Assembly: GCF_018977255.1 (NCBI RefSeq)
Contig: NW_024704743.1
Span: forward strand, 496,001-560,000
DNA length: 64,000 bases
Direction: 5' to 3'
Origin: Callorhinchus milii
Lineage: Eukaryota
The notes under the pieces are model-generated. The model made no database searches. It was given only the letters and a program-made list of their open reading frames with translations, and was not told where the DNA came from. Within the stretch, counting starts at the first letter, position 1. Every line of letters begins with the position of its first letter. Made by a program: the position numbers and the translations under genes. Of this stretch, positions 48,945-61,900 are shown piece after piece.

Positions 48945-49267
48945 AATAATAATAATAATAATCCTTGCATTTGATATAGCGCTTTTCACGTCGGGAGGAC
49001 GTCCCAAAGCGCTTCACAGAACACACTGTAAAGTGAATTGACTGTATATTTGTGGGCGAACGCGGCAGCCAATTGCGCACAGCAATGTCCCACAAACAGT
49101 CGTAGATTGAAAATGACCAATTTATTATTGTTTTGGGTTTTGGAGGGAATATTATTAGGCTCTGTGTGGAGTAAGGAAACTTGCCCAAGGTTTGGCCCTC
49201 TGCCTGGAATTGAACTCAGGTCTCTCGCTCGCAAAGCGAGTGCTCTAACCACTGAGCTACAGGACTC
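48945..49267 (-). mobile_element. tRNA-SINE; 3' part belongs to the young L2-tailed subfamily
   Basis: Tail cgcttttcacgtcgggaggacgtcccaaagcgc; head ...ctctaaccactgagctacaggactc. Confidence 0.95.
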
Positions 49268-49408
49268 TAGTAACAGATATTGGTACAGAGGCAGATACTC
49301 AATATCTGTTACGCCCACTCGGTTAACTCCACTTCTCTCCAGCCTGTGAAATCATTGACAAGAAGTGCTGTCTGTAGTATTATTCAATGGTCAAATCAGA
49401 TCTACGCA

Positions 49409-49743
49409 TGGTGTCCTGTAGCTCGGTGGTTAGTGCACTCGCCTCGCAAGCGAGAGACCTGGGCTCGATTCCCGGCAGGGTGAAATGTTGGGCAGGTTTC
49501 CTTACTCCACACCTCTCTGTTTACCTAGCAGTCAGTAGGAACCTGGTTGTTAGTCGATTGGCAGATCGCTTTTCCGGGGATAATAATCCCTCAAGAAAGA
49601 AAAACCCGATAATAATTTGGTCACTCAATCCACGGCTGTTTGTGGGACGCTGCTGTGCGCAGTTGCTCGTTTTGCCCACAAATGTACATCTCGAAGGCAT
49701 GAAAAGCGCTATTCAAATGCAGGGTTTATTATATTATTATTAT
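49409..49743 (+). mobile_element. tRNA-SINE, near full length
   Basis: tggtgtcctgtagctcggtggttagtgcactcgcctcgcaagcgagag. Confidence 0.95.
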
Positions 49744-50799
49744 AACGGTGCTTTCACGTGTGCCAAAACAACAGGGCACAGGTTTGGGCTATTATAATGG
49801 ACTTCAGGGAGTATTTCATTACACGCTGGTGATCAAACACTAGAACAATTTACCTGGAAGAGTGGTCGCGGCTGGGTTTCATTAAAGAGCTCAATATCAT
49901 TATGTAACGAGAGGATGGGAGAGAAACTATTCCTTTGTTTTATGTTAGAACACAGTTAACGTCTGGCACATTAGCACCTGAGCTCGTGATGTGTCGCAAC
50001 AACATTCTGTATGTTATGCATTATAGAATAGCGTCTTTGTTTGTATCTGATGTGCTGGCAAATAAGAAAATATATATTATTTTAAAGAAGCCAGTGGTGT
50101 TTTGAATGTGTAGCAGACTTGGATGCCCTGTGTAAGAGTTGCTGTTGAATTATTTAAACGTTCTGAGTCTATCGCCCAGCATTAAGTTAGTGTCTCGCTA
50201 GACTGGTGGAACTAAAGGGGAAGCGAAATGGAGCCCGGGGTTCACAATGAATCAATTCAATCCGTTGGGTGTCAAAATTGTGCAGTAAAATTCGGAAAAT
50301 AAATGCCACGCGATGCCCTGCCTTATGATTTAATAACCACGTGCGAGGATGTCGCAAAAATGGAGACTGACGGCACTGCACAGGCTGTGAATCACTTCAG
50401 TCGAGTGCCAGAGGCAGTGAGCCGACAAACATTAAATTGCATTCTCTCTGCTGTCTCCTCGTTCCATTAACGTGAACAGTGAATACACTCGGCAAATCTC
50501 AATAGTACCAACCTTTGTCCCTCCGTGTCCATCTCTAAGAACTCTGAGATCACTCACTGTTCCCGATGATAGGTTTCATATCACACAATGTGCTTTAAAT
50601 CTGCGACAAAGTACTGTGTAATTCTGTAGGGCGAGAGATTACTATTCATGAGTGAGTCGTATTCTGATTTTGATGAATTTTAATTGACTATATTTTTTAT
50701 TAGGCCGAAGGAAAAATGATAATCCTTGAATCGGTGCCTCCAAACGTTGAAAAGTGTGAAAAGCGCTTGATGGGGAACTGCATCTGTGGTCAGATGCAG

Positions 50800-51030
50800 T
50801 CACTGTGTGTTGTAAGCAAGCCAGAAAGGTCATTTTGTACACAGCTCGTTCCTGCAAACCGCCATGAAGTGAAAGACCCAATTTATCTGGTGCTCGGCCA
50901 AGACTTTGGGAGTGGGAGAAACTCCCTTCTTGTTTTGAATAGTGCCATGGGATCTTTAATGTCCGCCTGAACAGCCGGGCAGGATCTTGGCATGATGTCT
51001 AATCTGAAGGACAGCACCTCTGCCATTGCA
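50800..51030 (-). mobile_element. DeuSINE relic
   Basis: ggccaagactttgggagtgggagaaactcc...aatagtgccatgggatctttaatgtccgcctgaacag. Confidence 0.8.
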
Positions 51031-51221
51031 TTAACTTCCAAGTATAGCGCGGACTTGTTGGGCTAGACTGACTTCAGGGAGTAAACTGCTTCAAGTCACG
51101 CCAGCAAAACAGCTATGGAATTTGGTTACGTACACACTCGTGCATTTGGCTTCAAAGGCAAAGCACTCTTCCTCCTCTAATCATAACGGGATGAAAAATG
51201 CACAGTGTGATGTGAGACTTC

Positions 51222-51522
51222 TTCGGGTGAGACGTTAAACCGAGGTCCCGTCTGCGCCTGTTCAGGTGGTCGTTAAAGATCCCATGACACTATTGGAAAA
51301 GAGAAGGAGTTTCTCCTCTCCCACAGTGTCTTGGCCAACAATTTCCCAAATAAAATTGATCACTCACTCCACGGCCGCTTATGGGACATTGCTGTGCGCA
51401 ATTGGCTGCCCCCGCAAAATGCAGTCACTACACTTTACGGTATATTCTGTGAAGCACATTGAGACGTCTCGAAGACGTGATAAGGCGTTATATCAGATGC
51501 AAGGATTATTATTATTATTAAT
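51222..51522 (+). mobile_element. DeuSINE body carrying the dominant-family 3' end
   Basis: gagacgttaaaccgaggtcccgtctgc...gttcaggtggtcgttaaagatcccatgacactatt continues into cactcactccacggc...atgcaaggattatt. Confidence 0.85.
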
Positions 51523-52749
51523 TATCTTTTGGTGCTTTTGGCCCTGGCGATATCAAAGCTACCAAGAACTGACTTGGTTTGCCCACCACCATCTCATTTA
51601 CAGCAGACATTGAGACAGCTGGTGGCAACTTGGCATTTGCTGCCTCGCAGATCCCACCATTCCAGTGGCCGTTGAGGGAATACCGACTTAACTGAGATTC
51701 ACCTGTTAGGGACTGAGACGTTTCCAGCAGAGGAATGTCTCCTGGGCGTTTTTCACCCCTCGGTTAGACAAGTGGGAGCCAGCGGTCTGGGACTTGCGAG
51801 GGGAAGAGAAATGAAAACACTTGAGTTTAAGAAATCGCAGTATTTCTCTCTCCTGTGTGGAATGCCATCTGTGGCACTAACACGTCAGCTCTGGGATAAC
51901 ATTAGCTTTTACAACACAGACTTTGCTCTCGCAGTTTGACATCAGTTCAACCCTTCAATGTGTCACAGTCGTGGAACCCACTCCAGACTGGGTGTTACCC
52001 TGTGTTTATTTTACTGGCTGATATAGGAAATACCAAGGCTTCTAATACTGCAGTTCAGTGGGTTTTTTCCATAGGAAGCTAAGTTTAGCTCACCAACAGA
52101 GAGTGCTTGTAGGAGCGTTTTGCATGTGGATGTGAGAGCTTTTCAGTGCGAGCCTTATAATCTGAGCTGTGCTGTCTTTCGCTGGTATAAATTATACTTG
52201 TTTGCAATTTAATCAGGAAATGTTTTAAAAGAGAAAGAACGTGCATTTTTCTAGCAACGACTGGCATTTATTTGCCCAGCGCCTCTCACGCAGGGGGCTT
52301 GACCGTGGCGGAGAATGACGCCAAGCTGGTGGGAGGTGGCTGTAGGCCCGGTTGAAGGCGCTTATCACGTCAGTCTCTCAAAGCGCTTTTAGAGTATCTT
52401 GTTGTGTGTGGGCAGGTAAACACGGCAGCCATTACTGCACGTCCCAAGGCCCACAAACTGGGAGAAGCTCCCTTCTCTCTCCGCATGGTGTCAGTGGATT
52501 GTTGGTGACCAACTGAAGCTGCGGCTTCATCCTGAAAGGCAACACCTCTCCCAATTTATTGTTCTTGTCTTCCCCCACCACGTGGTACTCAGGGATATTA
52601 CTATTCTATATGAAATCCAGCATTATTATGTATTTCCAAATCGTATCCTTTTTGGGGATGGCCATTAGGTTACTTCCCATCTACCTTGAGATTCAGCTGA
52701 ACGGTAATGTGCTCCAGATGGTTCTTCTAAGGTGTCTGTATCTCTACAG

Positions 52750-52798
52750 GGCCATCAAATAGAGAACATTGCCATTCTCTGCTCATTCTGCTGCTGTC
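52750..52798 (+). other. Candidate 49 nt cassette exon
   Basis: Acceptor tgtctgtatctctacag, donor C|gtaagt, within unique AT-rich DNA. Confidence 0.3.
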
Positions 52799-53462
52799 GT
52801 AAGTTAATTGCAGTGTTTGACGCCACAACAACTGGCTCTTCATCTCTAATTAATCTCATTCTGCAAAGTGCATGGAGATATTTTTCTAACATAATATGTA
52901 TTTTACAAGGGAGGATAGTGGTTGCACACTGGAAGTATTTCTTCCCAGTATTTGTTTGAACTGTTAACACTTCGGCATATAAAATACGTGTCCAATCCTG
53001 CAGCGTGCTGGTTGGAGCACTCGGAGAGCGATATTCCAATCGACTTAACAACCGGGTTCCTACTTACTGCTGGGTAATCAGAAGCGTGTGGGGTAAGGAA
53101 ACCTGCCTAAGGTTTCGAGTGTCCGTCCCGCCTGAGAATCGGACCCAGATCCCCTCGCTTGTGAGGAGAGTGCAGACTCTGTTGGACGGGCAACAGAATT
53201 GAGAAGCAACACACAAAAGACTATTGATATGAACAAAATCCTGGAAATTTCTGAGCATCATTCTGTGGTGTTTGTGGGGTGCAACGATCTCCGATTCTAC
53301 CAGGTGTTCATAAAAACCGAGCAAGATTAAACAACGTGCTGCCCGACGGAGGTCGCGGCAGATGGGGGCCTCTTTTTAGAGGTTGGCTTCGTGCGTTTGC
53401 ATTCGTTCAACTGTTGTCCACGATTACACTGAGAAACATCTCGGGCCTAAAGATCCGGTTAA

Positions 53463-53706
53463 TGGAGTCCTGTAGCTCAGTGGTTAGAGCGCTCGCTTCA
53501 TTGCGAGCGAGAGGACCTGGGTTCGATTCCCGGCAGGGCGAAACGTCAGGTAGGCTTTCTTACTCCACACGCCTCTGTTTACCTAGCAATAATAATAATA
53601 ATAATAATTAAGTAGGAACCCAGTTGTTAGTAGTTTGGCAGATCGCTTTTCGGGGGTAATAATGACGTCAAAAAAATTTATAAATTGCTCACTGAATCCA
53701 CAACTG
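53463..53706 (+). mobile_element. tRNA-SINE 5' part with internal (aat)7
   Basis: tggagtcctgtagctcagtggttagagc...acctagc(aat)7taagtaggaacc; a reverse head fragment lies at 53030-53175. Confidence 0.95.
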
Positions 53707-54314
53707 CTTTATTTGTTTTACAATTTGTGTCTCTTTTTTCTCTCCCTTTCCCCCCTCTCCCCCGCCACCAAATATCCATGATTCTCCATCAGGAAGTGAA
53801 GCTGTTGATGAACATCAAGAGCTATGTCATTGCCCCTTGGTTAATGCACCAGCAGGTTCGAGTAAGTGATCGAAAGAAAGCATCTTAGTGATATAGGAGT
53901 GAGGAGAATGTTTTTGTGTACCAGGGGTGAGCGCCAGGTCCAAATGACTGTATTTCTAAACTCGCCATCGATAATTAAACCGTATAGAAAATAGAGTTTG
54001 AAAAATCTGCCTTGAAACAATCTTTATTCGCATAGAATAAAAAAGGGATTTTGCCCACAAAATATGAAATTAATTCACTTTACATTCTGTGAAGAGCTTT
54101 GAGACGTCACGAAGGCGTGATATGGCGCTGTATCAAAATGCAAGGATTATTTTTATTATTATAGGCTGTATTATAGCCTATAGGTAAGGTCGAAGTGGAA
54201 GGTTTTCAGGTGCGATCGAAGAGGGGGCAAGACGGATGGATTGATGCGCCTTACATCACTTTGTGATTTCATTTCTGTAACATTCCTTAAATATCCCAGC
54301 TGCTTTTTTGTTTT

Positions 54315-54418
54315 GGTCAGCCGGGTGTCCCGACACCTGTGGAATCCCATCACCGTGCTTAAGAGCATCTGACCCAGACTGAAGGGTTCCATGTGTGCCA
54401 CCTACCCATGGGAATCTC
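54315..54418 (-). mobile_element. Unclassified repeat family X, end fragment
   Basis: ggtcagccgggtgtcccgacacctgtggaatcccatcacc next to a T-rich tract. Confidence 0.8.
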
Positions 54419-54799
54419 TCTGCTGTTGATAATGATCCTTGCATTTGATATAGATGTGTCCGAGAATGAAGATTTGTTACTAAATGGGAATGCCTTCAAT
54501 CTTGACGTCTAACCAACCCAGCGCTCCCAAGACACTACCCTGTGTGTTGATTTGAATACATCCCATATATAAATGCAGTTATTGGATTTCATTCCCCTAA
54601 GTTATCTTCCAGTCAGGCCTTACGGGCAGTCATAAAGATTATTTAGCGTTAAAATGTATGTGGACAGTGCCTTATAACACAGGTCAGTTGTGTGTTACAC
54701 ATGTGGCATTACAGAGCGACAAAAGAATCTTGTGAAGGGAATGTGTATTTTTGGAAAATTCCCCAACTCTCAGGATGTGGGAGAAAGATAACCATAATC

Positions 54800-55098
54800 G
54801 CAGGGCGAAAGCCTAAGGCAGGTTTCCTTACTCTTCTCTATTTACCTGGCAGTAAGTTGGAGCCCAATTATCAGTTAGCTGCTGGATTGCTTTCTGGGGG
54901 CAATAATCCCTCCAATTAAAAAAAATTTGGTGACTCAATCCACAACTGTGTATGGGACGCTGCTGTGTGCAATTAGCTGTCACATTTTGGCCACTAAATA
55001 TACAGTCAGTTCACTTTACAGTATATTCTGTGAAGCGCTTTGCGACGTCTGAATGACGTGATAAGGCGTGACAGCAAATGTAAGGATTATTATATTAT
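54800..55098 (+). mobile_element. tRNA-SINE, 5'-truncated
   Basis: gcagggcgaaagcctaaggcaggtttcctta ... aatgtaaggattattat. Confidence 0.9.
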
Positions 55099-55359
55099 GA
55101 GTGTGTGTGGGAAATGTTGGCAACTGAAGACGATTCCACTGGTAGATAATCTGATATGCACTGAAAACTGAGGCTTTGTGATCATCTGGGGATGGGGGCA
55201 GAGGGTTCCTCTTTTTTTTTTACTAATGTTGAATGAATTGCAAACACAAATATACAGAAAAAGAAACTAGAGATGGCAGGCCGTGAGCAGAGTGACGGTT
55301 TATTCTTGGTGCTAACAAGAGCATCTCATCATTAAATGTCATTTCAAATTTTCAAGAGG

Positions 55360-55497
55360 TGCAGAGATGTTTGTTAGGTCAGGCTATCAAGGGATATGGG
55401 GCAGAGGCGGGTAATTGGAGTTGAGGTGCAGATCAGCCACGAACTAATAGAATGGTGGAACAGGTTCGAGGGACTGAATGGCCTCCACCTGTTCCTA
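55360..55497 (+). mobile_element. CR1 LINE 3' UTR
   Basis: atcaagggatatgggg...gatcagccac...gaatggtggaacaggttcgagggactgaatggcctcc. Confidence 0.9.
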
Positions 55498-55914
55498 GGA
55501 GCCAACTGTGATGTTACCTTATGCTTCATTGGATATTACTGTAAACCGAGAATGTCGAATAATGGAACGGGAAGTGAATTAGACAAGTGTCCAGGGATTA
55601 TTATTGGATCTGGCACACACAATAACAACACTTTTTTAACCATGTCTACAACTGTCAACTCGGAGAAAATTAATTTACACTCCTTCGCCTTTCTGCCCCG
55701 TGCAATTTAACCTCCTCTGGGGGATTTTCTGTGTAATGTGAACTCACTGAAAAAAAATCCTAATGCACCTAATTTAGATTTACTGTAAGGAACAACTTGC
55801 ATTTATATAGCGCCCTTAACATGGGGCAACATCTCGGAGCTGTTTTTTTCGTCGAGTCGGGGAGAGGGGGATGGACCACTAGGGCTTTGGCTCGCACAGT
55901 TGAAAGGGAGGATT

Positions 55915-56125
55915 CCCTGCCCCCATTGACTGGTCGGCCCTACCAAGTCCTACCAATGAGCCAGGCTGGGCTTTGGTCTCGTCAGCAGTGAGTGCCCTGG
56001 AATACTGCGGAACGGTCTGGCTCAGGAAGCGGACTACAGACCGTCACAGAGGGCTGGCTCGATTCTCACATTTCATTGACAAACACGTCACCTTGGAGCC
56101 AGTTGAGCTCCAAGGAGACCCTGTT
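55915..56125 (-). mobile_element. Unclassified repeat family X, hairpin-end fragment
   Basis: caatgagccaggctgg...ccttggagccagttgagctccaaggagacc matches 33955-34150. Confidence 0.85.
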
Positions 56126-56149
56126 CCCGCCTTCCCCAAAAGATGCATA

Positions 56150-56372
56150 CTCAAAAGAAAGGTCTTTAGACGTGATCTGAAAATGGAGCAGAAGGGAGTG
56201 AGGTAGAGAGTTCCAAAGTCTCGGGTGTAATGGCTGAAAGCACGGCCACCGGTGATGGAGCGGAGGGGCCGAGGGACACGCAGGAAACCGAGTTGGCGGG
56301 TGGTGGAGTGGCGAGTAAGCCAGCTGGAGAGATAGGAAGGTGCAATCAGCACGTGTGAACCCACTCAAGCAA
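56150..56372 (-). mobile_element. L2 LINE ORF2 C-terminus, decayed
   Basis: APSYLS...RSITGGRAFSHY, PRLWNSLP, FRSRLKTFL. Confidence 0.9.
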
Positions 56373-56769
56373 ACCATTCGTGTATAATCTGTGCCATGTT
56401 TATTTTTGTGGCTAACGAGAGCATCTCATCATTATTTGCCAGGACGCCTTCATCCATCGCTTCAGTGCAAATTGCAATCGCTGATTATGTTTAAACAAGA
56501 GCTTTTGTTGTTGTTCCCTCCAAAGCTCCGCTGACAAAGTAGGAGTCACTTGTGTGACTAGGATAGTCGTGACAACTAACCAATATGTTCACCTGCTCGA
56601 ATGCATGGGCTCCAGCTTCAGTGCTTTGATGCTTATCGCCGTGTGATTTGTACCATGCAGTTTGGGGGCTGGTGGCTTCTCCCATCCAATCAAAGTCCCA
56701 TCATTTGCTTAGTCAATGTGTGGCCTCCAGGAATCGTACCAAAGTACTACATCAGTAGGTTAATGAAAA

Positions 56770-57581
56770 TAATAATTTATTCCCGATCCATGACTGTTTG
56801 TGGGACAACAGCAACAAAATAACTGCAATACATAGTCAAATACTTCGCAATATATTCTGTGAAGCGCTTTGAGACGTCTCAATGACGTGATAAGGCACTA
56901 TATCAAACGCAAGAATTATTAGTATTATTATTATTAACTGCACTAGAATGTCAGCCTGGACTGTGAGGGCTTGGTCCTACAGTGCTAACCCTCACCTAAA
57001 GACAGAATCCACCTGCCAACAGTGGTCTGGACCGCTTCACCAGGCAATGGTTCCCACCACTGACAAGTTGGTGTTTAGAGATGACAGATAAGGAAAAAGA
57101 AGAACTTGCGTTTTTAAAACTCCTCCTCAAGTTGCAATCTGCTCCATAAGGTGCCTCACAGGAATTACTGTCAAGTGAATGGCAGATTGATGAGTGTATG
57201 GGCAGGCAGCACCACAACAGTCCAGTATAATAATAATAATTTTGCATTTGATATAGCGCCTTATCACGTCTTCGAGACGTCTCAAAGCGCTTCACGGGAT
57301 ATACTGTAAAATGAATTGACTATGTTTTGTGGGTAAAATGAAGCAGCCAATTGCACGCAGCAGTGTCTCGTGGAATTGAGTGACTAAATGATTATTTATT
57401 TATTTTGAAGGAATTATTACCCCCAGAAAAGCGATCCGGTAATCGACTTAACAACCGGATTCCTACTTACCGTTAGGTAAACGGAGACGTGTGGAGTAAG
57501 GAACGTTTCGCCCTGCCCGGGAATCGAACCCGGGTCCTCTCGCCTGTGAGGCGAGTGCTCCAACCACTGAGCTATAGGACT
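56770..57581. mobile_element. Inverted tRNA-SINE pair (+ 56770-56935; - 57227-57581, full length)
   Basis: Facing tails about 290 bp apart. Confidence 0.9.
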
Positions 57582-57604
57582 TAAGTGATGACAACACACC
57601 TAAA

Positions 57605-57760
57605 TATAACAGGGGTCTGTGGGCAGCAATCAGCAGCACTCACTCCTCTCTAACCAAGGCTACTGAGGCCAATTATAGTACCTCAAAGGCCGAGACCAAC
57701 CAGCTCAGCACCGAGTGGAATTTGTTTCTGCTGTCTGTATGGCCTAATGCCATCGGGGGA
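57605..57760 (-). mobile_element. AmnSINE2-like relic
   Basis: ctgaggccaattatagtacc...ggccgagaccaaccagctcagcac. Confidence 0.55.
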
Positions 57761-57899
57761 AGTCCTTGAACTATATTTTTTTCTCTAAAAACAGAAAAGT
57801 ACTAACTTTCATCTCGTGAGTTCCCACTTGTGGCCTAATTGAAACAAAAGAAAGCAATCAATTCAGACTTCTGGCCCTTCTGAAAAGTACATTACAATC

Positions 57900-58875
57900 C
57901 TATAATAATAATAATAATAATAACAGTCCTTGCATTTGATACAGCGCCTCATCCCATCTTCGAGACGTCTCAAAGCCCTTCATAGAATATGCTGCCAAGT
58001 GTAGTGACTGTGTATTTTGTGGGCGACATTGTGAAAACGAAGGGGCAATGGCAAGCTCGCGGCTGCCTGCTACAGTGACCTGCGAGGATATGTGTAAGCA
58101 TATGTCAGCCAAGTCTGTAACTGGTTCCAACAGCTGGGGAACATATTGAATAGCGTTACCAGAGTGGCCACTCGTGTGACGAAGACTTGCTGTCATCAAT
58201 CATGGCCCTGGAGGAATGTAGGGATGGATAACACTGAACGTGGACATCCCGCAGATGTCCCCCAAACTAGGAGGCCTTGATTCTCCTGAAAACCCGTCCG
58301 TTTAAATGCTCGGGCGTTAACCTTGACTGACAGTCGTCATCCCAAGGGTTCGCTCACTCAATGTGGCTTGTCGCACGTATACTGTGTCAGAAAGCAGAGA
58401 AAGATCACCGACACATCTGAAAAATAATAATAATAATCTTTGCGTTTGATATAGCGCCTTATCACGTCTTTTAAACGTCTCAAAAAAAAATGTGCTCGCT
58501 CAATCCACTGCTGCGTGCTATTGGTTGCCGTTTCTCTGCCACAAAATACACAGTCAATTCACTTTACGGTATATCCTGTGAAGCGCTTTGAGACGTCTCA
58601 ACGCCGTGATAAGGCGCTGTATCAAGGATTATTAGTATACCGCGTTTAGCCCCCTCTCTTTCATATGCCTGTCTACTTCCCTCTTGAAAGCTACAATGGA
58701 CTTCTCCACCCACTATTGGATGGGCTCTCCATGTCCCGCCAACTCCGAATGAAAAAGTTCCTCCCGAAGTTCCCACTTTGGGATTTGAGCGACAGATGAA
58801 CACTCCAGACCGGGGAAGTGCTTCGAGAGGTTTCGAAGACGTGATAGGCCGCGATATCAAATGCAAGGATTATTA
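57900..58875. mobile_element. Cluster of tRNA-SINE 3' fragments (- 57900-58025, - 58425-58480, + 58495-58635, + 58815-58875)
   Basis: Family tail motifs in both orientations. Confidence 0.85.
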
Positions 58876-59232
58876 TGTTCAATTGGATGAAATATATATA
58901 GATAGGACTGTGCAGTTGTCTTGGGAGATTTTCTATGACATTCTACAGTAAAATCCCCGGCTTCGCTTGTCACCGACACTTATGTCATCAATATCCCGGC
59001 CGTGTTTATTTATGAATTTACACGAATGTCTAACTCGCCACTCCTGATAACTCGCCACTCCGCCCTTTTCCCTGGCAGTTGCCAGGAGTTTCCCGAACGT
59101 GAAGTAAAGCTTACTGTTCAGCACACTTGATACCAAGGTCCCATCTGCCTGTTTTTCAGATGGATGTTGAAGATCACGGTATTTAAACAAGTAAAGGAAG
59201 CTTTTGCCGGGGTTCCTGTCCCGACAATATAT

Positions 59233-59485
59233 TGGAACACAAGAACAGGAGGAGCCCATTCAGACCCTCGCGCCTGTTCAGCCATTCAATTAGATCATGG
59301 CTGATCTGTACCTAAATCTAATTACCTGCCCTTGCATCTCTTGTTACCTGACCTAACAATCTGTCCACCTCAGTCTTGACAGTGTGAATGGATCCAGCAT
59401 CCACAGGCTTTTGGGGGAGAGAGTTCCAGATTTCCACCGGCCTTTGGGTGAAAGAATACTTCCTGATTTCACTCCGAAATTCATT
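59233..59485 (-). mobile_element. CR1 LINE 3' end
   Basis: FRSEIRKYSFTQRPVEIWNSLPQKPVDAGSIHTVKTEVDRLL is the CR1 ORF2 C-terminus; the UTR follows. Confidence 0.92.
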
Positions 59486-60704
59486 GTTCGGTTCCGTCGG
59501 GCAAATCGGCTGGTATATTTGACTGCACAAGCCCCCCATGTTTCACCAGAGCTCTTGAGACATAGCAATGTTTTAGGCGCTTTAAAAATGCGTTCTCCCT
59601 TTCCGTGTCGTGATCGTTTCTGCTGATGTAGGGTAAATTCCACGACACGATGGGGCTCGATGACTTCCTAACAGCATCAGAGGCGCTCGCTCACTTAAAC
59701 AAGAATGTTCGAAAAAAAATAAGACTCCACGCAGGCTGTTATTGCAATGTTGTTTGGTGAATCTACATGTTGACATTTCATAGACTCACTCAAGCATTTC
59801 CGTAGCATTCAGGCCTGACCTGTCTTGCTGTTTGGCCTCGAGGCCTTTTCTGTTTTGGTGATGTGCACAGAATCCATACTGCTTCACTGGAGCGCCAGTA
59901 ACCAAAGGCATGGCACTTCCTTGCTGGAAAGAACAAAGTCATCCCAGGCTGCTACATGCTGTTCCTCAGAGCAGCTGCTTTAGAGACCAGATGTGTGGGA
60001 GCTGAGAACAAGCTTACCTTCCTGATCCGAGGGAAGGGAAAGTGCATGTGTAACACCAGACACTGATCGAGATCTGATGGAACAATTTATTCCGACCGTT
60101 CACATCAAATAAATCTCCCGATCTGGTTGCACTGCGCTCTGTTGCCTGTCGCTTTTCGCCCACAAAACACACAGTCAATTCACTTTACAGCGTAACCTGC
60201 GAAGCGCTTTGAGACGTCTCGACGACGTGATGAGGCGCTGTATCAAATGCCCGGATTAATATCATGACAAATGAAGTCAATGTTCTGGAGACCAGCATCC
60301 ATCTGTATTACCTCGTATCTCTGTGATGTGTTGGGGAGTAAGAGTTATTGACACGTGCACACCAGTTAACCAGCTTTGTAGTCTGTGCAGAAACGTGACC
60401 TCTCCAAGCGGTTGTTTCGATGTCACTGAGTCAGAACAAGCTGTTCTGTATTCAGAGTTCACCGAGCGCTGGGATTTGGCTTTGGGCCCTGTTTTGCAAT
60501 GAAGGGATCACCTTGTATTTGAAAAGCTTTGTCTAACCTCAAAAAAAAGGCACCCCCCCCACCAAAAAAAAACTTCCAGTGTCGTAACCCTAGTCAGGAA
60601 ATCGGTTAAAAGCCTAAGAGCCTTAAGAGGTTGAAAAAGAGAACAAACAAGTGACGAAACCGATTTTGTAACTACTTCCTGAAAGTTTTTCTGACCCAGA
60701 CAAA

Positions 60705-61203
60705 ATGGAAGGCCTTGCTCCCTCCTACCTCTCCGACCTACTATCCCCCTACCTACCTGCCCGTACCCTCCGTTCCTCTGGCTCCGGTCTGCTCCACGTC
60801 CCCCACCCCAACCGCCCTACCATCGGTGGCCGGGCCTTCAGCCTCTCAGCCCCCAGGCTCTGGAACTCCATCCCCCAGTGCCTTCGCCGCTTCCTCCCTT
60901 TCATCCTTCAAGGCCAGTCTCAAAACCTTTCTCTTTGACCGTGCCTTCAGCTCCCCTCTCGACTCTCTACCCCCTCCTCGCTCCCTCCCTTCCCTCCCCT
61001 CACCCTGACCATTTCCCCCCTCCTCGCTCCCTCCCTCCCTCCCCTCACCCTGACCATTTCCCCCTCCTCGCTCCCTCCCTTCCCTCCCCTCACCCTGACC
61101 ATTTCCCCCCTGCTCGGGTCATGACCCAACTGTGCAGCGCCTTGGGACGTCCTCCTGACATGAAAGGCGCTTTATAAATGGAATCTTGTTGTTGTTGTTG
61201 TTG
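60705..61203 (+). mobile_element. L2 LINE 3' end
   Basis: GLAPSYLSDLLSPYLPARTLRSS...TIGGRAFSLSAPRLWNSIP, SFKASLKTFLFDRAF, tail gggacgtcctcctgacatgaaaggcgc then (ttg)n. Confidence 0.95.
60970..61112. repeat. ~45 bp tandem repeat x3 inside the L2 3' UTR
   Basis: cccctcctcgctccctcccttccctcccctcaccctgaccatttccc repeated. Confidence 0.9.
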
Positions 61204-61449
61204 AAGCTTACCAACGTGAAAGTAACACCGTAAATGACAAGCAGTGCGACTTCGGAAGGGGTAGATTTATCTGACCAGCTTCGTAAACTTTCTGAGAGAG
61301 CGGATTTCCCAAGCTGAATGTACATGCATCTCCTTAACATACTGCAGCTAGGTATTGAACGTAAGACATTAATGTGAATTAAGTAGTTAGGTAAATGGAG
61401 GCTAGTCGTTAGGGGAGCTAACGGGAGACTCCGCTATCTGAGAGAGGAT

Positions 61450-61900
61450 TCAACTTTGTTCTTCTACGCTAACTCCCCACTCGCTGGACTTCCCAATTCT
61501 TCCCTCCACAAGCTGCAGATTATTCAGAGCTTTGCAGCTCGTGTCCTCTCCTGCACCAGGCTCCGTGACCCCCATCACCCCTACCGTCGCCCGGCTCCGC
61601 TGGCTCCCCATCCCCCAATTCAAATTCCTTGTCCTCGCCTTCAAGGCTAACCATGGTCTTTCTCCTCCCTACCTCAGCGACCTCCTAATACGTTACCAAC
61701 CTGTCCGCTCGCTGGGAACTGGTCTGCTCCATATCCTTGGCCTTTCCCGCTCTACCATCGGCAGTCGAGCCTTCAGTCTTTTATGCCCCCAGCCCTCTGG
61801 AATTCTATCCCAGAGCCTCTCCGTCTCGCCTCTTCCGTGCTTCCTTCAAGGCCTGTCTCAAGACCTTCCTCTTTGACCGAGCCTTGGGTCATCCTCGCCT
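61450..61900 (+). mobile_element. L2 LINE ORF2 C-terminus, decayed
   Basis: YANSPLAGLPNSSLHKLQIIQSFAARVL, ITPTVARLRWLPI..FKFLVLAFKANHGLSPPYLSDLL. Confidence 0.92.

Noticed and set aside
48871..49349. Recurrent ORFs such as [17 protein letters not shown]...YYYY
   Set aside because: Chance translations of the SINE body; the recurrence reflects the repeat.
60705..61900. L2 ORF2 peptides as a functional gene
   Set aside because: Only C-terminal fragments with frameshifts; no RT core or endonuclease.
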